Assembly (NCBI GenBank): GCA_001949185.1
Contig: BDGG01000001.1
Location: 4,825,624-4,889,623 of the forward strand
Source: Ramazzottius varieornatus
Taxonomy: Eukaryota > Animalia > Tardigrada
Reading direction: 5' to 3'
Length of the DNA: 64,000 bases
This document shows positions 24,811 to 38,103 of this stretch, one piece after another; within the stretch, counting starts at the first letter, position 1, and each line of letters opens with the position of its first letter. Made by a program: the position numbers and the translations under genes. A model generated the notes under the pieces. It saw nothing but the letters and a program-made list of their open reading frames with translations, was not told the DNA's origin and searched no databases.

Positions 24811-26165
24811 GAAGGTTGTGACTCACTCCTACGTACCCACGGACGACGTGCACCTGCATACCTAACCTGCCTAAATTGCATGGCATCTAATTTGAGGAAG
24901 GTGGTACATTACCAAATTGCTTGCAGCCTTCGCCGAAAGTGTTTACATATCATGGCACGTAGTTTGGCCGAATTTGAAGACCTCATTTGTTTGATATCAT
25001 GTCACGATATCAAACAAATGTGGGCAACGGGGAAGATCTAGCCTCCGAACTCGACTCTGCAAGCCCTCCGTGGCTCCGTATCATACAAGGCGTGACACTA
25101 AATGTTGGAAAATGTTGGAGTGTTGCAACCTGACAGAAATACCTGTCATACAGGAAAACATCTTATGGCGCCGATGGCCGCCCATATTCGGGATTAATTA
25201 AAGTCTGGCCCTGACGTCACGAGCAGTGCTGAGAAAAAATCCGTTAGGCTGGCAGTTTAGTGAACCCCTTGGCACAACGCATTGGCACAACGCATTGACA
25301 TGTGTTTGTTGTCGACCAGTGACCGACTGGATTTGCAACTTCCTTACGCACAGTAAACTCGTAGTCAAAACAGTCGCTTCATGTGTATTCGGCTCGCTCA
25401 TCACTTTCACAATACTACTGAACTTCTGGTGACGCACATGAGGACCTTTGATTAACGTCAGTCGACCTTCGAACCAGGGAAAGGTTTCGAGACGACTGGC
25501 GTTCCATCTCTTTTCCATTACCACCTCAGAGTTTAGTGTTGTAGGGGAGGGATGGTCATTCAACCTGTCAATTAACGTTTCTTGCATAACATCGGGGGCG
25601 AAGATACTCAAACAACCTAACGAGGAAACGAGGAAAGCCCTCGCTCCAGTCTCATTTCAAAAACTGAAACGGCAGAAAGGTAGAGAAGAGTTTCTCTATA
25701 CGTCACTTCCGCTTCCTGCTATATCTTCCAGAATTCACTTCTGTCAGCCTAGCCTGCCTCAATCAACAGAAAACTCTGCTCTACATTTCTGCCGTTTCAG
25801 TTTGTTGAAATAAGACTGGATCGATGGCAAAATCCCTCGTGAGCGTCAGTTCACAACGTTTCCACTGCTAAGTTCTGATTTTCATGGATGTTAACTTAAA
25901 TTGTTGCCAAACAGCCAGAGATCGAGTGCCTTAAAGGCCTGCCTTTGCAGACATATAGTAACAATCTAGACAAGCTGCTCCACTCGTCTTCCTCCAGCTA
26001 CGGTCAAGGCACAGCTACCGACATGGACATCCCTGATCACGAGCTTTATCGTGATGTACACTATATCAAAAAAGCATCCTTTCTGGGGGTCACGTGGTAT
26101 TACAGCATCGAACGTAGGTAACTAATAACACGCCACCAGAACGGGTAAATTCCGACACTGTATAT

Positions 26166-26644
26166 TGATTTCGGCGGCCCAATTTCCGGACCATTTTTTG
26201 TCTCCAAAGAACCCTCCTCGACACGAAGTCTGAGAGAATATTCGGAGGCATCGAATGGTTGCTTTACCGTACCACGCCGTGGCTCAAAGTCTCACAAAAC
26301 TGTTCGCTCTTTTGAGAAGATTTTCCAGGAAACTTCAGGTGTGGTTAACAGCCGGAACACCCCAGCCCGGGGGTTGACGTCAAAACGTCTACCCACATGT
26401 TTTCGTGCTGCATGACGTCGAAACTTCTTTAGCTAAAGATTCGAGCCCCTTCACACTTTCCCGATGCAGCCATCTGACCGCTGGTCAGAAATCAGATCTG
26501 ACTTCAGATTCGTGTTCCTCGATGTCTGTTTCGTGTTACCTCATCAGCAGTTAGAAAAAGCCCCTGGGGTGCCAAAACTTCAAAACCGTTTCCTGAAAAA
26601 TCGTGTTATTAGTCAATGTTCCGGAAATTGGGCTGCCGAAACCC
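26166..26644. mobile_element. MITE family, copy 1 (TIR GGTTTCGGCAGCCCAATTT)
   Basis: TIRs at both ends. Internal sequence is clearly homologous to 57811-58231 (cgccgtggctcaaagtctcacaaaactgttcgc; aaatcagatctgacttcagattcgtgttcctcgatgtc). Confidence 0.85.
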
Positions 26645-26851
26645 ATATGCACCTAGTGCGGGTAGTTCGGTGATTGGCAGCGCTGCAAGTCGTTTCAGTC
26701 GGTTGCGAAGTAACGTTGACCATCATAGGCATGGCAGAAAACCCTCGACCAGCAAGTAGTTGAAAGTGTTGAAAGATCGCCATATACAGCTTGACTTTGA
26801 GCTGAAATCTGCAAGTGTGAGCTGCAAAGAAAGCTATCTTTAGGAAGGAAG

Positions 26852-27476
26852 ATGACAAGGAAAACAGCTTCTCTTTCTTGGTGCACCTTCAGTGTGGTAT
26901 TACTTTACTTCATCATTACCAGAAATCAGACTGCTGGTGATTTTAACAGTCGTAAGTTGTCAAACTTCTCGTCTGAAAAATGCGCGCAGTACCCTAAGGA
27001 ACGAGTATCTTCTGACGCAGGGATGTGGGCCATGCAGCCTTGCTACTCTTGTACTGACAACGATGTCAATTGTGACCTTAACCAACCTGAGGTTCTTGAG
27101 CTGGCAAATTACACCCAGAAATGCACATTTGGTGCAAAACCCGTCTGTTACACTCGAACAATCTTCGATAACTCGTCACGGCCGTTCCATGGCAGTAAGT
27201 TGCAACGTTGTAATGTTAGTTGCGTCAAATTCTGATGCTCATATTGTTGCAGATTTTAAATTCGAGCGAAATTGTGGCTACCCTGACTTCTTGGGACCGT
27301 ATGCGTTGCAAGAGCCGATGCCGGGATGCATTGTGGTTGCCGGAACCGACGATATGCCCAAGCATATTCAATGCGTGTGTGATGAACCAAAATGCAATTT
27401 TGAATCCCCCCAAAATCCAGCAGATTATTTAGGGCAGGCCCCTATTCAACCTTTTTCGGTGGATAATTCAGTCTAG
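26852..27476 (+). CDS. Small secreted Ly6/uPAR three-finger (Quiver/Sleepless-like) protein, 3 exons: 26852-26951, 27021-27194, 27253-27476
   Basis: Hydrophobic N-terminus. GTAAGT...CAG introns join in frame. Ten Cys from CYSC to CVCDEPKCN. Confidence 0.75.
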
Positions 27477-28790
27477 CATCCCTGTAAATCCTGGCAGTGT
27501 CAAAAACACATTAAGCGTGCCGAAACGTCACATCTCGAAAGCCAATCAAAAACTGAGATTAAAAAGCCGGCCTATAACCTACCGTGTACAACTCAAGTTG
27601 AATCAAGCTGCGCTCGTAAATGAAGCGTACGTACGACTACGTAAGTGGATTGATTGGTATTGATGGTGCCCTCAGCGGCAACAGCTGAGATTCATTACAG
27701 TAGAAGCTGTTGTGATTTATATACGTCATTCGATGGTTCTCCACAGCAGAAATATACGTCACAAGGCTGACTTCTAGCTGTGACGTCAGCGTTTCGCCAT
27801 CAGTTGAGCCAGCTGATTGATTAATTTGTGCCTTCACCGGCAGGACTTACCGATAATCTTCATCCAATCCAAGACCTCATCTCGCAGTCAGTCTGTGCCA
27901 TATCTGCCCTTCCTTGGTATCAAAACGATTTTAGAACCTTGTGCTGTCGTCTAAAAGTAGTGGATAAACGGTTGGAAGAAATACACTTCATGTCTTGAAA
28001 ATTCAAATTGGAATATCTGCCGGCGTTCTTTATCTTGATTTCGAGTCCTGAAAACACGGATTGTATGTCTCCAACCGTTTATCCATTACTTCTACGGTAG
28101 ATGAAGAATTAGTTTCTACAATCGTTGTGATACCACGCTTTGATATCGCATCACAGTGATTCGGTTTGCCAAAAATATTTCATATCGGAATATCATTATG
28201 GGCGGGATAATGCCGAGCGGCATATGATAGCCGAAAATATTGTATCATGGTATATCGATATCCTAATTTATATATACTGTTATCCGTTTATTTTCACTGT
28301 TCCTTCTCGCATTCGCAGAATTCCAATCAGAATTGGTTCACACTTCGCCCAAAATTCGGAAATCTTGTCTAGATGTTCAGAACGTGGCCATGTTTTTCGT
28401 GTTGTGTCTTGCGGTTCATATTCTGATTTTTACCTGCAATTTTTATGTCGCCTGTATCTTTTCCTAATGCAGCTCATTGCCTAGCAAACGACCGAATAAT
28501 TCGCACACGCTTCATCATCCTGACATTCGTGAACTATTTAATATTCGGCCATTCGAAATTCAAAATGGACATTACGGGTTAGCCCAAAAACAAGTGGCTG
28601 TGGGAGGCAGAATGTCCAAGCTCCAGTTATTTTCAAGACGCTCGCTCTGTTACCCATATGTATATACTGCTCTATGATCTCGCGAGCTTCAAAAGCGAAG
28701 GAAGAACTCACATGCAGACTGACTCTCGACTGAACTTCCTGTTTTTGAACTTGATGACACGACCATACTCATACTAATTCCGTATGATAT

Positions 28791-30497
28791 TAGAGAGGTC
28801 GATACTTGACTTGATCGGTGTTTAGCACAGGTTTAGCACAGTGAGCAAGCTCCGCCCCCTGGCTACACTAAACCAGCAGAGGTTGCGACTTGCACTACGC
28901 AAACTCGTGATTAGCATACCTCACGTACGTACGCGTTCGATAAATTTTTGATTTTATTTTTCGCCTTACCATTAACTGTAGGTTTGCCCTACTTTCAGTC
29001 TTTCGCTGTGTAGTTTTCCTCGAAAATTGTAGCTGTACACCATGCCTCTCCGTAGCGGTCGTGTCCTTAAGCTTCCCAGAGAAAGTTCGACAACGGTCCC
29101 TTCTAAGAATAAGAAAGAGCCCAAGAAGAAGAAGCAAGTTACAACCCCTGTTGAGCCTGCCTCAGCTGTTAGCCCTGTACGTTCAAGGCTACAGTTGACT
29201 TTCACATTGAGACTGGGAATGAAGCTGCAGTTGAGCATACAGTGCAAAGCTGCAGTTAACCTCAAAGTAGAGCCAAGTACCAAGGCTACAGTTAAAGAAC
29301 TCACAGGAGTAACAGCACGTAGAATTCCACAAGGCTGTACATAAAGCTACAGTGGACGGTATCGTTAGCTTCACCATAACCCACTGAAAAATGCATCTAA
29401 TCATCCAATCAAGGCAAGATCTGGGTAGCATTTGCACCTGCGGCGAGCTCTTTTTCACGTATCTCCAGTTCTTTCCGCCGTATCTCTAACTTACTCTCCT
29501 CCAGCCTGATCCTTCTCTCCTCTAGTCTGCTTTCCCATTTCCATCTGCGTACAATGGTAGCTCCAATATCTACCTTCTTTTTCTTTTTCTCCATCTTTCC
29601 CGAGCTTTCCGAGCAGCTGTCACTTTCGGTTGAAGAGTCATCATGAGTAGAGCCATCGTTATCTGCCTTCTTCCTGCTATAGATTTCCATGGCCTTCTGT
29701 CGGATCCCCTTCCTTTCTCGTTGTCCTCGAGTAGTCGCTTCTTCTTGAGAGCATGAGCTGAAACTGGCCCACCGCAGGTGGAAGGAACGATCTTCTCGTC
29801 CGTAGCAGCGTTTTCGATGTCAGCGTCACGCTGTAACGCGACCAGATTCGCCAGGCCCACCTTTAGCTTGGTGACACTTTCTTTCGATCCACTCTTCCAT
29901 CTTGCTTTGTTGTCGTTGGCTTGAAACTCCTTCAGTAAGTTATCGTAGTGAACCTTGTAGCATCGCACTTCTCGCTGGAATCCGTTGAAGGCGTCCATAT
30001 CGATCTTGACATCTTTCCAGCCGGCCTGAGCGGTATTAAATATCGGCTTCTTCTCCTCGATTTCGTTGCATAAAGCAGTCTCTTCTTCCAGACTGAAGTC
30101 CCTCCGTGGTTTACCTGAGCTGGAAGTTTCTGCTATAGACAGGTCATGAGCGTCTGACCCATCGACAGCGATCGACTCGTCCATCGTTATCACTGATATC
30201 AAAAACTATGGAAATAAAGTTTTTCCGGAGAGTAGACGACGGTGAAAATTTACCGTGTTGCACCAAGATTCGTGTTACCGACAGTAATTTATGCCCCGGA
30301 GAGAATTAGCTGAATTGCTATGCAAGCTCCACTAAACATCGGAATAGCGTCCCGTATGCGCTATGCAAAGTTCAGAGCTTGCATAACATAGTGGGTTCAA
30401 TCGGTTCAAGCCCGCCTCCGATTGGTCTATTCCGATTGGCTCGTTGCTGTGCTAAACCTGTGCTAAACACTTCTCAAGTCAAATATCAACTTCTCTA
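28791..30497 (-). mobile_element. PIF/Harbinger-type non-autonomous element carrying a Myb/SANT-like ORF
   Basis: ~50-bp TIRs tagagaggtcgatacttgacttgatcggtgtttagcacaggtttagcacag / ctgtgctaaacctgtgctaaacacttctcaagtcaaatatcaacttctcta. Flanks are compatible with an AT or TWA target. Confidence 0.8.
29409..30202 (-). pseudogene. Harbinger-associated Myb/SANT (trihelix)-like DNA-binding protein with coiled-coil tail, one frameshift
   Basis: FSLEEETALCNEI..W KDV..R..YDNLLKEF..KSG..E pattern. C-terminal RLEERRIRLEESKLEIRRKELEIREKEL lies in a second frame (shift near 29700). Confidence 0.65.
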
Positions 30498-30798
30498 ATG
30501 CTTTTTTGAACACGGGAATAAAGTTCGAGGTACAAGACGCTGATATTTTCCAAATTCAAAATGTCAAGTTTTTTCCATGGCCTCAGATTTTTGTTTTTCG
30601 AACTTCATCAAAATTGTCCCAAAGCACAGCCATGGTGCAGTGTTGTTCCGATACAATGTATTTTGATGCATAATGCAGAATTTATTTCCGATATGGCCCG
30701 CTGTAGCCATAGACTTAACGTGGGCGACCGGATTCGAATTAGTTCCGCTGTCGTATCGGAAATACACTGCCATGGTATGACAAAATTGTTGTCCTACC

Positions 30799-33700
30799 CC
30801 TATACTAATATAACTCGATAAAAAGGGTCTGACGAGTACCTAGACTCTCTGAAACCGTACCAAGGGGAGAAACTGCACTACTGTATGCATCACACGTTCA
30901 GATGGGACCAGTTTATGATTTCGTGATCGAACTGTAAACGCGTTTGTGTGTAAAGAAGTTTACATTTCTGACTTTTTGATTAAGTTAATTAGAAGTCTGG
31001 CGTCACAATAGAAGCGGAATGGTAACTTTCCTAGAATTTCGCTCCAAGGTCATGCACAAGTACGACATCTAAACGGGAATGTCACTTAAAGGTCATGCAG
31101 AACTAGAAGGACTGAAGGGCAACGGCACAAGAACGGTGATCACTGTCTTAAACGTAACTAGTAAACTCGGTGGGTCTTAATATGCCGAAACTAACGCGAA
31201 AACGTAAAGGCACTTCGAAATCCTCTATTGTGCGGTTGCGTGTAGCTAAACGATTGTGGGCTGAGGACACTCATCATGCACCCAATAGAGACTTGATATC
31301 CACATCAGATACATCGGATGACAATGTCGACGATGGTGAAAATTGCTCTTATACTAGTTCCCAGTCTGCTGGAAATGTTACGGACGTTGATTTTCTGGAT
31401 AATAAGATGAGCTGCACCGTCGAGTTCTTTCTAGCTTTTTTTTGCTTTGCCGAATTTTGAGTCAATCTCTGCCTTATACCCTCAGGTTTGAACAGCACGT
31501 TTACGAGACTTGGTGAGTGTGTTGAGTTGCTGCGGAATAAATTTGTGGTGAATCTGTTCTGCGGTCTAATCGTTTAATCAAGCTTGTTTTTTAAGTACTG
31601 CTCCAAAGATGGAGGTGCTATGCCAAAGAAATCAGACACCTTACCGGCATGACCCAGACACTACAGTTAGTCAAAAGCGTAGCTCCGAATCGCCGAACAG
31701 AAGTAACTCCGATCATACAGAATTAATTGACATGTCTAGTGTTGAACTCGATTCTGCGGACGATCTGCATTCACACTACACTACTGGAAGTGACGACACT
31801 TATGGGGATGATGACGGGTCGGAGCGTGAAACAGAATGTAGTAACTCTGTTGTGGAGTCAGTGAATCGTGGCCGAACAAAATCTGGTGTAAGCATGCGTA
31901 TACCGATACAAACCTGTGTAGAGTAAGAACCATGTTCAGAGTGATGACCACATTGGAATGGATATCGTGCGGACGGTTCAAAGCAACAATTATGAGCACA
32001 GAATCTGTTGGATTCCGTTGCGGGAACGGAACAAAAAATCCGTGCGGATTAATGAAGATGCCCGCACTGCCTGCAGAGCTGGAAAATCTGTATAGGTCGT
32101 CAAGAAAGCTTCGAGACCAGTCACGCACGTACAACAATTTACTTTCAATATCGGCACTCGGAACTAGCGGGTGCTTCGAGCAGTAAACCGGTTCCAGTAA
32201 CTTGGTTCTGAGAGGTCGAACCTACCACCGAACGCTACCAGGTAATCAAGCGTCCGGCCCTCTACTATGGTACCACAACGATGCAGAGTACCCGAACGAA
32301 GTTATTAACGACTTGAAAATGGACTGGGATATTGTAAAGAAGTTACGAAGTGTTCTCTTCCGGTGCAATCCCCTACTACACCAGTTCAAGCTATTAGCTG
32401 AGGAGCCATCAGAGCATGCGCGATTTGAGTTGACCGTACAAAGTTCTAACGAAATCGGCGCGGTTAATGTTCCTGACAAATCCGGGGATCTAAAACAACG
32501 AAGTGTCGTATGTTGGAAGAACACAGATAAGCAACCGACGTTCATAAAAGCAACTTCCGGATTTTTCGTGCCCCTGCATTATGTTCCGATATGTCCGGAA
32601 GGAAGTAAAGGCTGGAGTACAGAACTAAAAGCCAAGTGCAAACTAAGCATGATGATGTTCTACCGAATGATAATCTTGCGATACACCGCACTACATCTAC
32701 TTAGCAGACTGTTCAACGAATCCTGCGTTTATATATTCCGCTGTCCCGAGGAAGAACGACCGAATTTCGTTCGTTTTAACCAAAATTTGCCGAAAGAACG
32801 ACTTAGGATCAGGAGCAAATGAAGGAAGGATTTTTTCCCTGCTTCATTCATCGGCTCGAATCAACATAATCAGAAAATGATATCGGGTGCTTTAGCGATA
32901 GTTAGCCGCCTCAGAAACCCCACGTTTCTCATTACGTTCACCTGTAACCCCAACTGATCCGAAATCAAGAGGCGTTTATTGCGTGGCCAAGGTGCATCAG
33001 ATCGACCAGATATCGTAAATAAGGTCTTCAAAGCGAAGCTAGCAAGGTTCCGAGCAAAACTTCCAAAGTACATCGGTTCCAAAGTACATCGGTTCCAAAA
33101 CGACCTACAAAATCGTTGACTTCCAGACACGTGGACTTCCTCATGCGCATATAGCCGTGAAAATGGCTAAAGGACCATAAAGTGCTACAGAAATCGATGC
33201 CGCGATCTCAGCTGAACTTCCTGACGACAAAAAGCTACGAACGTTAGTCGAGAAGCACATGCTTCATCGACACTACCCACTTCGATGCTACCGACCGGAA
33301 AAACAGAGCAACAACGCAATGTCATTACAGGTACCCAAAACCAATTAACGATGAAACGTTCATGGATGATGCCAGTACAAAAGGCAGAGAGAGAGAGAGA
33401 GAGATCGCAACTTTATTTCCTATAATGATGAATTGCTGATAGAATTCGATTGCCGTATTAACGTCAAAGTTGTTGCTTCCGTGATACTAATTATGTACCT
33501 ATACAAATATCTGTATAAGGGTTTCGACTACTTGGATGCTACAATTTCTAAAGACGAAACCAAGCTGTATGTACACGTATGTATGTATACCTCTCAGCAT
33601 CAGAAGCTGTTTAGAGTATATTCGGATACGAACTAACGAGAAGGGAGCCCTCGGTTTCATGTTATCCAGTGCACCTCGAAGATTTAAACTATGTCTTTTA

Positions 33701-36205
33701 CGATCAGTCGAACGAAAAGTCAAAAAACGCGGAGCACCGCCCGGCCCGTACGCACTCGATTCGATTACATAACATACTTGCAATACTACGAGAAGTACTT
33801 TGTATCTGTTAAACGACCTGAAGAAGATAGCAATATCCGGCAAACTAAGGAAGTCTGGCACGACCGAGTTCCTACACCCAACAGAGGTACGGTACACCGC
33901 AGAACAACCCTTCACATTAGAAAACTGGAAGTGAAAAGACTGCAAAGTGGAGAACCTGGATATCTTCGACTTCTACTACAGCACAAGCCTGCAAGATCGT
34001 TCGAAAAGCTCCGCAGATTCAACGGGACGACGTATCGCTCCTTTTCGGAATGTTGCAAAGCGATGCGACTGCGTGAAAACACTTCGGAATCTGAAATTCG
34101 CATGTATGAAGCGAAACAAGCTTCATGCTCACCAAGGCAATCACGCTTTTTGCTTTTTCTGTTAACCACAGAAGGTGCACCCGCATTAGCGCTATTCAGC
34201 AAACACCAGGAATTCATTTAGCTTGATTTTAGACTCCGCAATCAGCTGCCAGATTATTTGTCGGAAAATCGTCTCCTTCTTGACCTTTCGGCTGGGCTAG
34301 AAAGCTACAGCCGAACGCTTGAGGAGTTCTCCCTTTCTCCACCACTAAACCAACAATCCGAGATTGACAAAGAGAAACTGCGACACGACTCACGTACCAA
34401 TGCCACACTATATCAGAACTCGTTGAACATGCTGAACTTCGAACAGTACAATTACAGTTCTAAAGAAATTCAGAAACATATCGACTCGAAACTACCCGGG
34501 GTTTTCTACGTTGACGGTGGTGGGAAACTCGGGCGTGGGAAATCGTTTCTTCTGAACGCAATCGCTCGATACACTCGAGCTTCTTGCAAGATTGCTTTAT
34601 GTTGCGCAAGTTCCGGGTTCGTGGCTATTATCTACCCAGGTGGATGTACAGCCCATAATTCATTCAAAATTCCTGTGCGCGATGACCCGTACGATTTCAC
34701 TCCGATTGAGTGAGACGTATCCTTACGTTCGCAACGAGCAAGTGTACTTCGAGAAGCGACACTCGTAATTTGGGATGAGATCACGATGATAGATGAGCGC
34801 AATCTTGAAGCTGTGGATGTTATGCTGCGTAGAGTTCGAGACAAATCAAACTCACCATTCGGCGGACTGCTTTTTTGTCGGCGCCGGTGATTTTCGCCAA
34901 ATACCGCCAATTCTCCAGCATGCAAACCGCGAAGCTATAGTACCAGCAAGCATAAAGTTCTCGAAGCTCCGGGAAATGTTTCAGGTTTTCATCCTTACCG
35001 TACCAATACGACAAGAAACCGATCCCGAGTTCTCTCAGTTTGTTGACGAAATCGCCAACGGCACCTTCCCAAGTGATAGATATGGAAAAGTAGTATTGAG
35101 TTTGGTTACCGCAACCACCGATGTCGAATACTGAAAGCAGTTTGTCTATCCCAAGCTCCCATCCACCGCTTCTTTGAGTTCCGATAAATGTCTCCTTGGC
35201 GTTCTGAACAAAGACGTGGACACGCTAAACTTAGAAATATGCGACCTGCTAAACAAAGACTTCGTGCCGCTCTTCAGTCACGATGAGCTACAGGAGTCAG
35301 CAGGTGGCTCACGATTCTGCAGAAACAACGTAACAGCAGAATTTTTCAACCAAATCAACTTTCCTAATATCCCACCCCATGAACTCTGTCTCAAAGTTGG
35401 AATGGAATGTTTTATTGTACGTAACTTATCGCCCGACAAAGGACTGCTCAACAACACTCAAGTCACAATCTTGGGCATTACAAGGAACCTTACACAAGTA
35501 CGCACCATGCAGACCAATAACGTTTTCTACCTGTCACGGATTAATTTTACAATGAACGCACAGAGAAGATGACTTCGTCTAACACGCAAGCAATTTCCCG
35601 TGCGAGCAGGTTATGTCTAGACAATGAACCGTTCTCAAGGAGCGACGCTAGAGTAAACCGGAATCGACTTACGGAAAAATGCTTCGCTCACGGACAACTA
35701 GCTGTTGCCCTAAGTCTAGTTCGCTCAAGGGACAAAGTTCTCGTTCTTACAAGTCGCGACAAACCTGACGCTAATGGACATGCCATAGCCACTAATGTGG
35801 TCTAAAAAGAATTGTTACTGTAAATTTGAACATTTAGAAAACGTCAGTTTACTCGTTCGTCGTTTTAACTTATTGCGAAACTGTAACAATCCGTGACCCA
35901 AATTCTAAGCTGAAATTTTCTGCGCAAATTCGAAAAAATGTTGCTTAGGCAACGTTTCTCATATCACAGCTGCGCTACCGATATAGACGTTCTGATTTTT
36001 TGACCCTTTTGACCGCTCTTAGACAGGGATTCATCGATACAAAATACCGTCCTATACCTTTACCAGATGTCGAACGCGGCTGGACACTTTGATATAGGTT
36101 GGTCAAGTATCCCATCCCAATATACAATAAGCGCCCAATACTTCGATTATCTTTTCGCGATTAGATTGTTGTGTATACGCTAAATGCGGTGACGGGATGT
36201 ACTAC
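30799..36205 (+). mobile_element. Helitron, decayed autonomous copy (ends tentative)
   Basis: Contains a Rep/Pif1 pseudogene. Candidate 5' end cctatactaatata (~30799). Candidate degenerate 3' end gcggtgacgggatgtactac|t (~36205). Confidence 0.8.
31932..35823 (+). pseudogene. Helitron Rep (HUH, Y2) / Pif1 helicase, many stops and frameshifts
   Basis: RTYNNL; PTFLITFTCNP; RPDIV; FQTRGLPHAHI; YLYKYLYKGFD; GKLGRGKS; GGCTAHNSFKIP; IWDEITM; GDFRQIPP; LKVG..VRNL; QFPVR; NRSQG; FAHGQL. Confidence 0.95.
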
Positions 36206-38103
36206 TACGTGAGAGTAGTGTCGCTGAGATACAACACTCGAAACATCTCAAGAAAATACGAAGGGTTGTTCCATTTAGCCACTTGGTAAGTGCTAACGCT
36301 GTGTTGAAAATGGGACAGCTCATACGAAGAGAGGGACCATTTTGGCGGGTTAATGGACGTTTCGGCCTGATCGCATGGCTCGAAAACAATCAGTACACGA
36401 TTCGGAAGAAGGGTGTACGGTTAATATTCGGACCGACTGGGAATCACGAAGAAACGTAACTCAAAACAAACGTCCACTGTACACAACACCACAATATGGT
36501 TTTCCTGCAGTATGTCAATCAAGTTTCTCTGTCTAACTGAAGAGATGGTTACGCAAATTCGGAAATGCACTTGCGACTTCCCCACACCTTCACTGATCGG
36601 CGATGACACATTCACCTGCCGTTGTACAGGTGTGATGCGAGCAAGACGACGTCGCCATGAAAAGTCGCCGCATTTGAGCTAGGAGGAGTTGTGCACGCGC
36701 TGGGTATAAGTGCAGTCAATGACTTGCCTGTGCACACGTTGAGTCATTAAATGAAGCCGTGACTCATACAGCCTGTACTACTCATGTGTCCCCCGGTCGA
36801 GTCGCGCACCCTGTTGGCTTACAGATCCTCTTATTGCGCCACTGTACCGTCACTCACTACCGAGTGCACCGAGCAGGCTTGAGCACTATCCAAACATTCA
36901 CGCATCAACCTGCTTAGGTCTTCCCTATTTAATCTGTTATTGCTGTGAGGGGATGGTTTTAATTACGGAGAGGATTACGGGTGTTAGAAGTATTAAATGA
37001 TCTCTCCCTTTCGAGCTTGATGAAGCGGAATATTCAAGTTCCGCGCGGGAGGGACTGCCTTAACTTCAAGAAGAGACGATAGCACAGACTGTCCAGAGTG
37101 TATGCTCTGCTGAAAAAAGCCGTCTTGTGGTAAGCCGTAACTGGCAATCGCACGAAAAGGCAGGTAAACAAACCTGTTCCGTTCCCAATGATAACAAGGC
37201 ATTTCAGAAGAACAATGACGAAACTCAGAACAGAATCGAAGAGGCACTGTTCTACTGAACAAATTTGAAATTTCCGAAAATTGGTAACTGTTTACCGGAA
37301 ATCAATCAAGGCCTTTATGTTGAGACTTCAATCAGCCGAACACAACGTGTCAACAAGATTACTCGACTCGAATGATAAGTGCAAGCGTGGCTCGGCTGTG
37401 AGTTAAGCGCGTGCGTGTCACGAGGTTTTACTGGCCAATACGGCATACCACGTGACTTCGTCTTGCGCAAAACCCACCTGTATGCCGTTGTGATCGCTCT
37501 ACCCATTATCTTCGTAGCATGGGTAAAGATCTATGCGCCGTTGTATGCGACTTTCGTTTTAAAGTTCATCGTTATGAAACGTCTTCCATCTAAATTTGTG
37601 CGGCCGGCGTGTTCGGTTCGAATGATTTACCCCCTGTTTTCACCACGGATCCTATCACGCTCCAATTGATCGATGTTACAGTAATTGATATTGGCGATGG
37701 CGACCGAGCTACGACTATGAACTTATGGGACGGTGTCCGTGAAGTAGGTAAAAAAATCATGCTTTGTCGGTGCCACACTGTGGTTAAAAATGTAAACAAT
37801 ATCTAGACGCTGCCTACGCACCAGATACTTCGGACGACCGAGACCACAGAACAGCCATCTGGGCCTTACTGGATACCGAACGTGCCGAAGTATACATGAA
37901 GTAAGCCGAACCCCAACAACACAACATACCTAAATTTAACTCAGGAGTACCCATACAGAAACTCAGGACCACACTTTTCATTACAGGAAACGATACGTTA
38001 TAAATGAGTGACCGCACCGGGTCTTGGAAACGATGTGAAGAAACACTGAGTAATACCTAAAAAACGTGAAGATCAAGATGTCTGCAACAGGATTGCTCAC
38101 GCT

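Larger units (their letters stand above)
22744..25193. mobile_element. Non-autonomous element with ~180-bp imperfect TIRs flanked by TTAA (piggyBac/Kolobok-like target)
   Basis: 22744-22915 mirrors ~25005-25193 (tgggcggccatcgccgccataag / cttatggcgccgatggccgccca, etc.). TTAA at 22740-43 and 25194-97. Confidence 0.75.

Noticed and set aside
26520-26552. Minus-strand CTGATGA-N8-GAAAC resembling a hammerhead ribozyme core
   Set aside because: No compatible stem III/GUH or stem I, and the homologous MITE copy near 58125 has lost CTGATGA.
36623-36823. Possible solo LTR (TG...CA with TATAA and ATTAAA)
   Set aside because: No TSD and no second copy in the window.
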